Made by a program: the position numbers and the translations under genes
Part shown: one piece after another, positions 27,674-38,094 of the stretch
Layout of the letters: each line of letters opens with the position of its first letter
Numbering within the stretch: position 1 is the first letter of the stretch
DNA from: an uncultured Deferribacteraceae bacterium
GTDB lineage: Bacteria; Chrysiogenota; Deferribacteres; CAMZNJ01
DNA: 64,000 bases
Direction of reading: 5' to 3'
Assembly (NCBI GenBank): GCA_947313855.1
Contig: CAMZNS010000017.1
Coordinates: 12,555-76,554 of the forward strand
Notes under the pieces: model-generated
Told to the model about the DNA's origin: nothing
Seen by the model: only the letters and a program-made list of their open reading frames with translations
The model's database searches: none

Positions 27674-29107
27674 CTACTTGGCAAGCCCCAAACTACTCGC
27701 ACTACCACCACCGGGGCTAGGCATCTCTTCGTCCACAGGATCATTGAACCCGATGAAGTAAGCAGCAATAAACCCAGCAATGTAGGAGATAATCAAACCA
27801 AGGGCATGGTTAAGAAACGAACCTTGGGAATCCGCCGAAAGAAGCAATAACCCCGATATCCCACCCGGAATGGTAACAGTAACCTGCATCATGGCTATCC
27901 AACCACCACCGAAAGCAGCACCGATACACGCCGCAATAAACGGTCTACCCAAAGGCAACGTTACACCATAGATAAGCGGTTCGCCAATACCCAAGAAACC
28001 AACAGGCAAACCACTCCAAATAACCTTCTTAAGCCACACACTGCGAGTCTTAATCAGAACCGCAATAACTGCACCAACCTGACCAGCACCAGCCATGGAC
28101 AAAATAGGCAACAACGCATTAACACCCGTTTGGTTCAGCATCTCAGCCATAATGGGCAAGAAACCCTGATGAATCCCAAACATAACCAAAGGCAAAAATA
28201 ACCCAGCCATCACAAAACCAGCGAAAAAACCACCCGTTTCGATCATGTACGTAAACGTAACCGTAACACCGTCGGCGATAACACCGCCCAAAGGTTGCAA
28301 AAACAGTAACGCAACAAACCCCGTAACAATAATGGTAATTGCCGGACTGATAACAAGATCCAACGAATCGGGCACACGCTTACGCAAAGAACGCTCAACG
28401 TATGCACCAAACGCCGCCACCAACAACACAGCAAATATTCCACCACGACCCGGTAGCAAACTGTTGCCAAGTAGCTCAATATTGCCCAAACCGGGAGCCA
28501 TGATAATCGCAGCAAGTATGGCACCGATGGTGGGGGATCCACCAAACTCTTTAGCCGTATTCACGCCTGTTAACACAAACATTACAGCGTAGATTGCACC
28601 ACCAAACAACGCCAATGACGCACTGATATTCGGGAATATCTCGTTAAAGTCGGTGTAAGTGGATAGGGTGTTGTTTAGCCCGATAATAATACCGCACCCG
28701 ATAAAACCGGGGATAAGGGGGATGAATATATTTGCCACACGCTTGAGGAACTTCCCCACAGGGTTGCCATACTTAGCATCCATGGCCGCTTTGTTGTCCT
28801 TAGCGTCCCCCAGCGATGCACTATCGGTGCCAAGACCCTTCTCCTGATCCTCCATGGCATCCAACACCTTGCGAGATGTACCCGCACCAAGAACAAATTG
28901 GTGCTCATCACTACTTTTTACGTAACCACGAACACTACCATGCTCCTTCATTTTATCAAGCTGTGCCTTGCTCTCATCCACGAAAACAATTCGCACCCGC
29001 GTCATGCAAGCGTAAATCTTGCTAATATTTTCCCGACCGCCAGACAGCTCAAGTAGATCCTTGGCTATCTCTGCGTGGGAAGCTTTCTTTACTTTTTTAG
29101 AAGCCAT
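27674..29107 (-). CDS. murP: PTS EIIBC component, N-acetylmuramic acid type
   Basis: EIIB Cys motif ACMTRVR; ANIFIPLIPGFI, FGIHQG, GAGQVGA, LGIGEPLIYG; AGGAGAGG SD before ATG 29107; adjacent to murQ. Confidence 0.88.
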   Translation of the reverse strand: MASKKVKKASHAEIAKDLLELSGGRENISKIYACMTRVRIVFVDESKAQLDKMKEHGSVRGYVKSSDEHQFVLGAGTSRKVLDAMEDQEKGLGTDSASLGDAKDNKAAMDAKYGNPVGKFLKRVANIFIPLIPGFIGCGIIIGLNNTLSTYTDFNEIFPNISASLALFGGAIYAVMFVLTGVNTAKEFGGSPTIGAILAAIIMAPGLGNIELLGNSLLPGRGGIFAVLLVAAFGAYVERSLRKRVPDSLDLVISPAITIIVTGFVALLFLQPLGGVIADGVTVTFTYMIETGGFFAGFVMAGLFLPLVMFGIHQGFLPIMAEMLNQTGVNALLPILSMAGAGQVGAVIAVLIKTRSVWLKKVIWSGLPVGFLGIGEPLIYGVTLPLGRPFIAACIGAAFGGGWIAMMQVTVTIPGGISGLLLLSADSQGSFLNHALGLIISYIAGFIAAYFIGFNDPVDEEMPSPGGGSASSLGLAK

Positions 29108-29171
29108 AACTATTCCTCTCCTTATGGTGAAATAAAACCGTCTCAATTCTTGTTTGTATTTTGCAACTAGC

Positions 29172-30080
29172 CTACGACCCCCGTGTTACGGTGAGTGCTT
29201 GGCGAATAAAGCCGTTCTGCTGTGCTAGTACCTCCCCTGCTTTGGAGGCATCCAACCCGGAAAGTATCATGAATATGGCTGTTTTGCAGTGGCGTCCACA
29301 TTGATTCAGGGCGTTGTCTGCCTCAGCATCGCTCACCCCAGTAGCCTCAACCACAATATGTGTTTGGCGTTTCACCAATTTTTCGTTGGTTGCCTCAACA
29401 TCCACCATTAAATTGCCATAAACCTTGCCTATCTTGATCATGGAGGCTGTGGTAAGCATATTGAGAACAAGCTTTTGTGCCGTACCCGCCTTCATTCGCG
29501 ACGACCCTGTTACCACTTCTGCCCCCACAACAGGGGTAATCGCAATGTCCGCAATCTTCGTCATCTCCCCATTAGGGTTGCAGCTAACGCTAACCGTCGT
29601 CGCTCCCAAGGATTTGGCGTAATTGAGCCCACCGATAACGTAGGGTGTTCGTCCGCTAGCGGCAATGCCAACGAGTATGTCTTTGTTGGAGAAGCTTATC
29701 CGTTGCAAGTCGCTAACGCAAAGCTCGGGGGAGTCTTCTGCGTTCTCCACCGCTTTGAGAATCGCCTTTTCGCCGCCAGCAATAAGCCCCACAACCATCT
29801 CGGCAGGTGTACCGTATGTGGGGGGGCACTCGCTAGCATCGAGTACGCCAAGGCGACCGCTTGTGCCCGCACCGATGTAGATAAGGCGACCACCGCTTAG
29901 GAATCCGTGGCTAATTTTGTCCACAGCTGTTGCAATGTTTCCCATCTCTTTGGCAACAATTTCGGGCACTTTTTTGTCTTCGTTGTTAATAATTTGCAAA
30001 ATCTCTTCAGTGGACTTAGTGTCGATGTCCATACTACTTTCGTTACGACTTTCCGTTACCATCCTGCTAATTTCAACCAT
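29172..30080 (-). CDS. murQ: N-acetylmuramic acid 6-phosphate etherase
   Basis: [59 protein letters not shown]. Confidence 0.97.
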   Translation of the reverse strand: MVEISRMVTESRNESSMDIDTKSTEEILQIINNEDKKVPEIVAKEMGNIATAVDKISHGFLSGGRLIYIGAGTSGRLGVLDASECPPTYGTPAEMVVGLIAGGEKAILKAVENAEDSPELCVSDLQRISFSNKDILVGIAASGRTPYVIGGLNYAKSLGATTVSVSCNPNGEMTKIADIAITPVVGAEVVTGSSRMKAGTAQKLVLNMLTTASMIKIGKVYGNLMVDVEATNEKLVKRQTHIVVEATGVSDAEADNALNQCGRHCKTAIFMILSGLDASKAGEVLAQQNGFIRQALTVTRGS

Positions 30081-30128
30081 CAGAACCTCCGCACCATTAT
30101 TTACAACACTATTATTATTTACCCCATC

Positions 30129-30157
30129 ATTATGAATAAAAAATTTGTATATGTCAA
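30129..30157 (-). promoter_or_regulatory. sigma70 promoter for murQP
   Basis: TTGACA-17 nt-CATAAT. Confidence 0.75.
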
Positions 30158-30280
30158 CACCTTAGAATATTTTATTTCGAAAGGTGTGCACAAAATACTT
30201 TTAATAGTATACTTATGCGGAATTATTGTTGTACAATAATGTTGAAGTATCAGTTCGTTAAATTTAACTTAGAGGTAAAA

Positions 30281-31117
30281 ATGGACACTGTTGCGTATAT
30301 CAGAAGCCGAGCCGACTCACTCTCACAAACAGAAGCTCAAATTGCAAAATACATCTGCAAACACCCACAAAAAGTATCGGACATGACCTCTTCCGCACTC
30401 GCTAAAGAACTCAATATCGCTCAGTCCACAATCATCAAACTAATCCAAAAACTAGGCTACAAAGGGTACACCGACCTACGTATCGAACTCGCTCGCATGC
30501 CCAACAAAACACAGGAAGAGATACACAACAATATCTCACTCTCCGACCCACTAGAGCTTGTGGCAACCAAAATCAGCATGGACAACCAACAAGCCATCGA
30601 ATCCACATGCAAAAATATCAACTACAACACTCTCGAACAGGTTATTGTTGCCATGAAAAACAGTAACAAGATAATACTACTGGGAATCGGTGCATCGTCG
30701 TTGGTTGCGCAAGACCTTGCCTACAAGCTTCTCAAACTCGGGAAATGTGCCATTCATCAAACCGACTACCACTCGCAACTCTCCATGTGTGCCACACTAA
30801 ACAGGAGCGACACCATTATCGCCATCTCACACTCAGGGCGTAGTGCTGAAGTATTGCTTGCCGTGAAGGAGGGGCGTAACCTCGGTGCCACAGTTGTAGC
30901 CATCACCAGCAACTCCCACACACCACTCACAGACCTTGCTAATCACACCCTATTCACTGTTGCCGAAGAGGGGTTGCTGCGAACCTCTGCCATAGCCTCC
31001 CGCATCGCCCAGCTCACAATTGTAGACGTACTATTCCTCGGACTAATCCAACGCGAAAGCAACTCCTTGGAGCTAATTGAGCGTAGTCGTAGGATTATCG
31101 GTGAGCTCAAGGGGTAA
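30281..31117 (+). CDS. murR: RpiR/MurR family transcriptional regulator
   Basis: RpiR HTH (LSQTEAQIAKYI..TIIKLIQKLGYKGY) plus SIS domain (GIGASS, ISHSG); divergent from murQ; GAGG SD. Confidence 0.9.
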   Translation: MDTVAYIRSRADSLSQTEAQIAKYICKHPQKVSDMTSSALAKELNIAQSTIIKLIQKLGYKGYTDLRIELARMPNKTQEEIHNNISLSDPLELVATKISMDNQQAIESTCKNINYNTLEQVIVAMKNSNKIILLGIGASSLVAQDLAYKLLKLGKCAIHQTDYHSQLSMCATLNRSDTIIAISHSGRSAEVLLAVKEGRNLGATVVAITSNSHTPLTDLANHTLFTVAEEGLLRTSAIASRIAQLTIVDVLFLGLIQRESNSLELIERSRRIIGELKG

Positions 31118-31138
31118 GGGGCACTAACGTGCTCACCA

Positions 31139-31195
31139 CACGAAAAATTACCCACCGCACGAAAAATTACCCACCGCACGAAAAATTACCCACCA
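31139..31195. repeat. 3 x 19-bp tandem repeat CACGAAAAATTACCCACC(G/A)
   Basis: Read directly. Confidence 0.9.
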
Positions 31196-31300
31196 CACCT
31201 TGCATAAACACAAAGTACGGTGGGCAATGTTGAAATGATGAATCTTTTGCAGTTAACGGTTAGTGCTTGACCATCTCAACGCTCCGGTCAACGCCAACCC

Positions 31301-34300
31301 CTAGTCCATAATTATATACTCCTCCTCAACAATGTACTCGCTCATGCCGATATGCACAACTAGTGGTCTTGGCAACTTCGTAAGTGAGCAAACGCTGTAG
31401 AATATTTTGTGGTAGTAGATATCCGCCCCAGGGTTTTCCGCATCCGCCTCAGAGTACTGTTCGTGCCTATGTCGTACCTTGATGTTCGGATTATCTTCCA
31501 TACCCTCCACATAGATCTGCTCATTATACTCATTTAAGTGCAGTGTTGTGGAGCTTACATGGTAACTCGTTGTCCACTCCAACATGGGGATGTAGAGGAT
31601 GTAGTCAGCATCGTTCTTGCAGGGGGATTTAGCCAAAGGTAGGTTCCCCTGAGCCTCCGCCCTATTCCCGTTGTAGATTACTACGGTGTCGGTGTGAAGT
31701 CCATCTTGGGTTGATGCCTGAATATTTGCTCGTCCGTACACCTTGAGGTTGGAGAGTATGCCACCGGAACTAACAACAGCACCTGCTGTGCCCGGTCTGT
31801 CCGACTCGTCAACTAGCAGGTAGTCCAGCCAACGAAAGGACGCGTCCTGCGGAGAGACCTCCACGCTACTGCTCAGAGAGATTACTGAACTCGGAGACTC
31901 CAACGCAAGCATAATATCGTTGTACCCCTTCTTCCAAGAAACAGACGTTACTTCAATAATGTTTACGTCAACAACAATATCCACCGTTACACCGTTGTGC
32001 CCCTCGCCTGTGATGGTGGTTACACCTTCGCCGCTTGCCGTAATCATGCCTCCTGCAGACACACTTGCCACGTTAGCATCTTCTGAGCTCCATGTGATTG
32101 TTCTGAATGTGGCATCGTTCGGATTAATCACAGGCTGGAGCCAATGGGTTGTCCCGTAGTCCATGGACAGTGTGTACGCTCCTAGGGATTCGTCGTAGGT
32201 GTCACCAAGATCGATACTTGTTACCGCTACGAAATCGCCATCGATTACGGTTACAGGTAGAATAGCGGATGCACCGCTGGGGGATAGTGCAATAATGGAC
32301 GCTGTTCCAACCGACTGAATCTCCAACATACCCGCACTATTCACCTGCACAACACCTTCATCAGTGGAGCTCCACTTCAAACTTTTATCTGTTGCCGACA
32401 ACGGAAACACCTCCCCATAAATCTGATAATTATTCTCAATATTCAGGTAGGTCATGTTGTAGCTACTAATCAAATTCTCATCAACATGGGGCTCACCAAA
32501 TCCGTGGAACTTTACAAAATTAACATCAACTTCCCCCTCAGTAACAACCACAACCATGCTAACAGCTAGACCGCCGTAAGTTGTTGCCGTTATGGTTGCT
32601 TCACCAACAGAAACAGGGGTCACAACACCATACTCCACCGTTGCAACAGTAGGATCGGAACTCGACCAAGTCAGAACCTTATTCATAGCAATTGCAGGCT
32701 CCACAAGGGTCTCGATGGCAAACGGCTCCAAAATCAGGGGCAACCCCATTGTAACATAAGCACCCGTTGAATCGGTTTCACCAACATTCGTAAACTCCAA
32801 ATTCAAAACGTCCATGTACAAACTATCGTCCACAATGGTAATGGGCAGTATCGCCAACGCTGAATGGGTTCCCTGTGCACGAACCTCCACTGCACCACTC
32901 TGCAAAGGCGTTACCAAACCGTTCTCCACAGTCAACAACTCACCATGAGACGTGTACCACGTTAAAGACTGATCAGGGGTATCCGTAGGCAAAACAATGG
33001 AATCTATCTGGTAGGAACGACCAACTGCCATAAACATCTCCTCATAAGATGTCCAACCATTCTCGTCGTAAGTTGTTGCACCCGCATTCAAAAACTTAAC
33101 GGAAGCACCCGCAACAACAGCCTCGCTCACAACAACAGGAAGCTCTGCAACAATACCACCAAACGCCGTCGCCGTAATCATCGCATCACCACGAGACACT
33201 CCTCGAACATAACCGTTACGAACAGTAGCAACACTATCATCGGAACTAGACCATGTCAAAATAGGATTGCTAGCATCAGCAGGAACAACCTCACTCATAA
33301 CACGGAACGCCTCCGCACCAATAATAATATGACGAGCAGGGTAACGATTGTCAGACTCAACTCCACCAACATTCGTAAACACAACACTGCGTACACCACG
33401 AAACTCATCAGCCGCAACAACCTGAATAGGCAGTACCGCTTTCGAAAGAGTACTCGACGTTGCCGTAATATTTGTCTTGCCAACACTCACAGGCTGTATC
33501 AATCCCGCAACAACTGTGGCAACACCATCATCCTCAACCGTCCATGTCAAAGACTTATCCGTCAACCACTCAGGCAAAACAGAATACTCAAGCTGAACAG
33601 GAACTCGCAACGACATATTCATCTCAGCATAAGTCGTAAGACCCGACTCCATCGTAATAAAATCACCAGCATTCAAAAAATGTACGGCAATCTCATCAGC
33701 AACACCCTCAACAACCTTTATCTTAACCGACGCCGTATGACCGCTGTAAGATGTTGCCGTAATGGTCGTAAAACCTATCCCCACAAGGGTAACAACACCA
33801 TCACGAACAGTCGCAATACCAGACTGTGAACTACTCCACACCAACGACGGATTCGTCGCATCTGAAGGAACAACAACAGACTCAATAACAAATGAACCAT
33901 CCGACACAACAACCTCTTTCACTGGATAAGCACCATCAGTATCCACATCGCCAACATTCGCAAACTCCAACCCGGTCATCTCAACAAAATTCTCCGGCTT
34001 CACAACGCGAATAGGAACACGAACAACAACACCATTATGAGCCGTAACAATAATCACAGACGTACCAATACCCTCAGCAACAATACGACCATCAGAATGA
34101 ACACGCACAACCTCAGGAGCAGAACTACGCCACGACAAACTCCTATTCTCAGCTGTGGGAGGCATCACACGAGTCTTAAGCTTCGCCGTATCCCCCAACT
34201 TCAACGACACCGTCGAATAATAATTACTAGACCCAGCAGTACCTATGTCCAGAACCTCGATACCCGAAACCTCAATGGTTCCACCAGTAATACCAACGTC

Positions 34301-34384
34301 TGGATCAGACACAGCCTTCGTACTCTCGTTGCAAGCAGCAACCACAAAACTTAATCCTAACACGCCCAACAATATCTTACGCAT
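31301..34384 (-). CDS. Large surface lipoprotein with nine tandem Ig-like (Big_2) domains and a unique C-terminal domain; putative adhesin
   Basis: Lipobox VAAC; repeated P.DA.N..L.WSSSD..VATV..G.V..V..G.A.ITAT consensus; GAGG SD before ATG 34384. Confidence 0.85.
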   Translation of the reverse strand: MRKILLGVLGLSFVVAACNESTKAVSDPDVGITGGTIEVSGIEVLDIGTAGSSNYYSTVSLKLGDTAKLKTRVMPPTAENRSLSWRSSAPEVVRVHSDGRIVAEGIGTSVIIVTAHNGVVVRVPIRVVKPENFVEMTGLEFANVGDVDTDGAYPVKEVVVSDGSFVIESVVVPSDATNPSLVWSSSQSGIATVRDGVVTLVGIGFTTITATSYSGHTASVKIKVVEGVADEIAVHFLNAGDFITMESGLTTYAEMNMSLRVPVQLEYSVLPEWLTDKSLTWTVEDDGVATVVAGLIQPVSVGKTNITATSSTLSKAVLPIQVVAADEFRGVRSVVFTNVGGVESDNRYPARHIIIGAEAFRVMSEVVPADASNPILTWSSSDDSVATVRNGYVRGVSRGDAMITATAFGGIVAELPVVVSEAVVAGASVKFLNAGATTYDENGWTSYEEMFMAVGRSYQIDSIVLPTDTPDQSLTWYTSHGELLTVENGLVTPLQSGAVEVRAQGTHSALAILPITIVDDSLYMDVLNLEFTNVGETDSTGAYVTMGLPLILEPFAIETLVEPAIAMNKVLTWSSSDPTVATVEYGVVTPVSVGEATITATTYGGLAVSMVVVVTEGEVDVNFVKFHGFGEPHVDENLISSYNMTYLNIENNYQIYGEVFPLSATDKSLKWSSTDEGVVQVNSAGMLEIQSVGTASIIALSPSGASAILPVTVIDGDFVAVTSIDLGDTYDESLGAYTLSMDYGTTHWLQPVINPNDATFRTITWSSEDANVASVSAGGMITASGEGVTTITGEGHNGVTVDIVVDVNIIEVTSVSWKKGYNDIMLALESPSSVISLSSSVEVSPQDASFRWLDYLLVDESDRPGTAGAVVSSGGILSNLKVYGRANIQASTQDGLHTDTVVIYNGNRAEAQGNLPLAKSPCKNDADYILYIPMLEWTTSYHVSSTTLHLNEYNEQIYVEGMEDNPNIKVRHRHEQYSEADAENPGADIYYHKIFYSVCSLTKLPRPLVVHIGMSEYIVEEEYIIMD

Positions 34385-34643
34385 TGTACACCTCTTATTT
34401 TTCAGTAGACAAATTATTACACAGTAATATATGCACTCAATGTCACAAAGCAACCTCCCTAGCTAGCATTTTCACAAATAATTCACAAAAAAAAGGGGGG
34501 GCGATTGTGATTCAACTTAACTGAAGATATGCCAAGGGGAACAATAATCAAGAACCGCCAAGAACCGCCAAGCAGGCTTACCCTTTCGCAGTTACTTGAT
34601 ATTTTTCATAACGAACAACAGGAACGGTGTTATAAAAAAAGTG

Positions 34644-34671
34644 TTGACAATTTTTGCGACTGTGTTACTGT
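34644..34671 (+). promoter_or_regulatory. Possible sigma70 promoter for sdaC-sdaA
   Basis: TTGACA-16 nt-TACTGT with TGn extension. Confidence 0.4.
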
Positions 34672-34716
34672 TACCAAATACTAAAGAAGTATTAACTCAT
34701 TTTACGAGGTGTATTT

Positions 34717-35946
34717 ATGAATAGTCACGATATGAAATTCTCCTTCAGAGACTTTACCTGGTCTCTGTCTTTATTTGGTACCGCCGTCGGTGCTGGTATC
34801 CTCTTTCTACCCATCAAAGCTGGTGGCTCTGGATTTGTTGTCCTAATGATTCTGGCTCTACTTGCAGGACCAATGACTTGGCTCTCACACAAGTTTCTCG
34901 CTAGGTTTGTCCTTGCTGCCAAAGACGAAGACGCCGACATTACCGACGCTGTACGGGAATACTGGGGTCTCAACATGGCAAACGTTATCACCTTTGCCTA
35001 CTTCTTCACACTATTCCCAATCGTCCTTATCTACGGTGTTGGTATCACTAATACCATCGACTCACTCATCGTTCATCAGCTCAACATGACTTCACCACCA
35101 CGCTGGATACTTTCCGGAGCACTCATATTGCTAATGACCGGCGGTGTTGCATTCGGCAAAGAGATAATGCTCAAAGCTAGCTCAGCAATGGTTTACCCAC
35201 TAGTATTTATCCTCATCGGGATGTCCTTGTACCTCATCCCTGACTGGACAATGTCCGTTATAAACGAACCAACCGATTGGGGTGCTATCCCTGTTAGCGT
35301 ATGGCTTGCCATCCCTATCATTGTGTTCTCGTTTAGCCACTTTGCCATTATCAGCCAGTTTGCAAAAGAGCAACGTCGTGTTTACGGTATTGAAAATGCT
35401 GGCAAAAAAACCGACTCCATCACATTCGCAGCAGCATCAATGCTCCTTGTATTTGTTCTGCTATTTGTGTTCTCAGTCGTGCTATCGCTCACACCCGAAC
35501 AACTAGACGAAGCACGTGAACAAAATATTACCATCGTGTCGTACTTAGCAAATATCCATGACTCTATTATTATCTCACTACTCGGGCCATTCATTGCTAT
35601 TGTTGCTATTTCATCCAGTTACTTCGGACACTTCCTGGGTGCCCATGAAGGTCTGTCCGGATTGATACGCTCACGCTCTAGCATGTCTAGCAAAGTTATT
35701 AGCACCATGTCCCTCGGCTTCATCGTTGTCACCACATGGATCGTGGCAATCATTAACCCTAGCATCCTAGGACTAATCGAAACCATCGGCTCACCAATGA
35801 TGGCCGCAATTCTGTTTATCATGCCTGTGGTTGCTATGTACACTGTGCCTTCCATGGCAAAATACCGTGGCAAAACCATCTCCAACATATTTATCGCAAC
35901 AATGGGCTTCGCTACCATCGCTGCCGTAATCTACCCGTTCCTGTAA
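34717..35946 (+). CDS. sdaC: Serine/threonine transporter, HAAAP family
   Basis: WSLSLFGTAVGAGILFLPI, GVGITNT, SSYFGHFLGAHEG; upstream of serine dehydratase. Confidence 0.92.
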   Translation: MNSHDMKFSFRDFTWSLSLFGTAVGAGILFLPIKAGGSGFVVLMILALLAGPMTWLSHKFLARFVLAAKDEDADITDAVREYWGLNMANVITFAYFFTLFPIVLIYGVGITNTIDSLIVHQLNMTSPPRWILSGALILLMTGGVAFGKEIMLKASSAMVYPLVFILIGMSLYLIPDWTMSVINEPTDWGAIPVSVWLAIPIIVFSFSHFAIISQFAKEQRRVYGIENAGKKTDSITFAAASMLLVFVLLFVFSVVLSLTPEQLDEAREQNITIVSYLANIHDSIIISLLGPFIAIVAISSSYFGHFLGAHEGLSGLIRSRSSMSSKVISTMSLGFIVVTTWIVAIINPSILGLIETIGSPMMAAILFIMPVVAMYTVPSMAKYRGKTISNIFIATMGFATIAAVIYPFL

Positions 35947-36062
35947 CACTGACCGCCTAGGAACTTACTCAATATTTATACCCACACTGTACGCAACTTA
36001 TGCTACAGTGTGGGTATATCCACTTAATTAAACCAACTACAACTCAAACAAAGGTGTCTATT

Positions 36063-37445
36063 ATGATTAGTATCTTCCATATGTTTAAGGTAGGTATTGG
36101 ACCCTCGAGCTCCCATACCATCGGACCCATGGTGGCTGGCAAACGCTTCCTATCTATCGTAGAGGAGCAGTGCAAAGACGCTGGAGGGCTACGTGGCGTC
36201 GACAAAATTGAGGTCGACCTGTACGGATCACTATCCCTCACAGGTATCGGACACAAAACCGACGACGCAATTATCATGGGGCTTACAGGAAGCTCCCCCG
36301 ACAATGTGGATATCGACGCCATACCAAAAATTGTGGCTAATACAAAAAAAAACCACAAACTGCATATCCCAGAATACAACCACACTGTCAACTTCCCCAA
36401 TATTAGATTCAACACCTCTGTACTACCTGCACACGAAAATGGCATGGTTTTCCATGCCTTTAAAGACGACAACCTGCTGCTATCCAAAACATTTTACTCC
36501 GTAGGAGGGGGCTTCGTAAACACCACCAGCGAACTCCCAAGCAAAGACCATAGCAGCCAAAACGATGACCAAACCAACAAATACCCCTACCCCTTCAAAT
36601 ACGCCGACGATATTCTAGACTTATGCAACAAACACAAAATATCCATTAGCCAACTAACAAAAGCTAACGAACTCATCAACGCACCACAAGAAAAAATAAC
36701 TCAACACCTCAACCGTATCTGGGAAGTAATGAAAGAAGGGATCGAAAGGGGCTCAACATCGGACGGAACCCTTGAAGGACCACTCAACCTCGTTAGACGG
36801 GCAGCACCCCTGAGACAACTACTAGAAAATAACCAAAACACATCGGTGGATCCACTGGCTATTATGGACTGGGTCAATATGTTTGCACTAGCCGTCTCCG
36901 AAGAAAACGCCGCCGGTGGACGAGTTGTCACATCACCCACAAGTGGAGCATGCGGTATTATCCCCGCCGTACTAGCATACTACGACAAATTTATCCACCC
37001 CGTGGGCGATACCGAACTCGAAACATTCTTCATGACCGCCGGAACCATCGCCATACTCTACAAAACAAACGCATCCATCTCTGGTGCCGAAGTCGGTTGC
37101 CAAGGTGAAGTGGGCGTTTCATGCTCCATGGCCGCCGCTGCACTGGCAGAACTCATGGGAGCAAACCCGCAACAAGTCTGTGTCGCCGCCGAAATCGCCA
37201 TGGAACACAACCTCGGACTAACATGCGATCCTGTCAACGGACAGGTGCAGGTTCCATGCATCGAGCGTAATGCCATTAATGCCGTTAAAGCAATCAACTC
37301 CGCACGAATGGCCATACAACGCACTGACGGTGCCTCTGTCTCCTTGGACAAGGTTATTGCCACCATGTACAAGACCGGCAAGGATATGGACGACAAATAC
37401 CGCGAAACATCCAAAGGGGGGCTAGCATCCATCGTTGGCTGCTAG
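36063..37445 (+). CDS. sdaA: L-serine ammonia-lyase (Fe-S dependent)
   Basis: GIGPSSSHT.GPM, YGSLSLTG.GH, SVGGGF, EENAAGGRVVT.PT, GAEVGCQGEVG, GLTCDP..G.VQVPCIERN. Confidence 0.96.
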   Translation: MISIFHMFKVGIGPSSSHTIGPMVAGKRFLSIVEEQCKDAGGLRGVDKIEVDLYGSLSLTGIGHKTDDAIIMGLTGSSPDNVDIDAIPKIVANTKKNHKLHIPEYNHTVNFPNIRFNTSVLPAHENGMVFHAFKDDNLLLSKTFYSVGGGFVNTTSELPSKDHSSQNDDQTNKYPYPFKYADDILDLCNKHKISISQLTKANELINAPQEKITQHLNRIWEVMKEGIERGSTSDGTLEGPLNLVRRAAPLRQLLENNQNTSVDPLAIMDWVNMFALAVSEENAAGGRVVTSPTSGACGIIPAVLAYYDKFIHPVGDTELETFFMTAGTIAILYKTNASISGAEVGCQGEVGVSCSMAAAALAELMGANPQQVCVAAEIAMEHNLGLTCDPVNGQVQVPCIERNAINAVKAINSARMAIQRTDGASVSLDKVIATMYKTGKDMDDKYRETSKGGLASIVGC

Positions 37446-37469
37446 GCACGCACCCCGCTACACGAACGG

Positions 37470-37581
37470 CAGTACCATGTTTACGCAGCATTTATTTGTA
37501 GCGGAACACAAACATGGTACTGTGGCAACACTTATTTGTCGCGGAACACAAACATGGTACTGTATCGACACAGTACCATGT
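37470..37581. repeat. REP-like cluster of alternating inverted and direct copies of ACATGGTACTG(T)
   Basis: 13-bp inverted pair 37470-37482/37510-37522; 32-bp direct repeat 37492-37523/37532-37563; perfect 12-bp hairpin 37552-37581. Confidence 0.8.
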
Positions 37582-37658
37582 GGCTTCATGCCTCATACGC
37601 TCATGCCTCATACGCTCATGCCTCAAACCCAACAATAACAGCCTGTATCGCTAAAAAC

Positions 37659-37687
37659 TTGATTTCCTGATACTAATTGTGTATAAT
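37659..37687 (+). promoter_or_regulatory. sigma70 promoter ~400 nt upstream of alsT
   Basis: TTGATT-17 nt-TATAAT. Confidence 0.6.
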
Positions 37688-38094
37688 CGGTGTGTGGACA
37701 AACATTACTAATTTAGGAGAAAAAACGTACCCTTTGCAATGGAAACTAGCATATTGCAAGGATATACTACTTGCACACAACAAAACTGTACCTAGTGGCA
37801 AGAACTTTCTACCCACTTAGGTTATCAATAGTAGCAACATCGATGGCAACTGCAACTTAACTGTAGCCAACCTTGTTGAAACGTCCCAATTCATATTCAA
37901 TTTTTATAGTTCATTGCATCGTGGATACGTACCTACGATATTTTTACCTACGATTCTTGTACTATTTTGATTGCATGGATTGCACCAGTTCCACCTTCTA
38001 AAATATAGTTAGCTATCATATTTCGACCATCTATGACCTGTTTTCATTTTTAAAAGATAGCTAAATCATAATTATTTTATTTAGGAGGAATATT

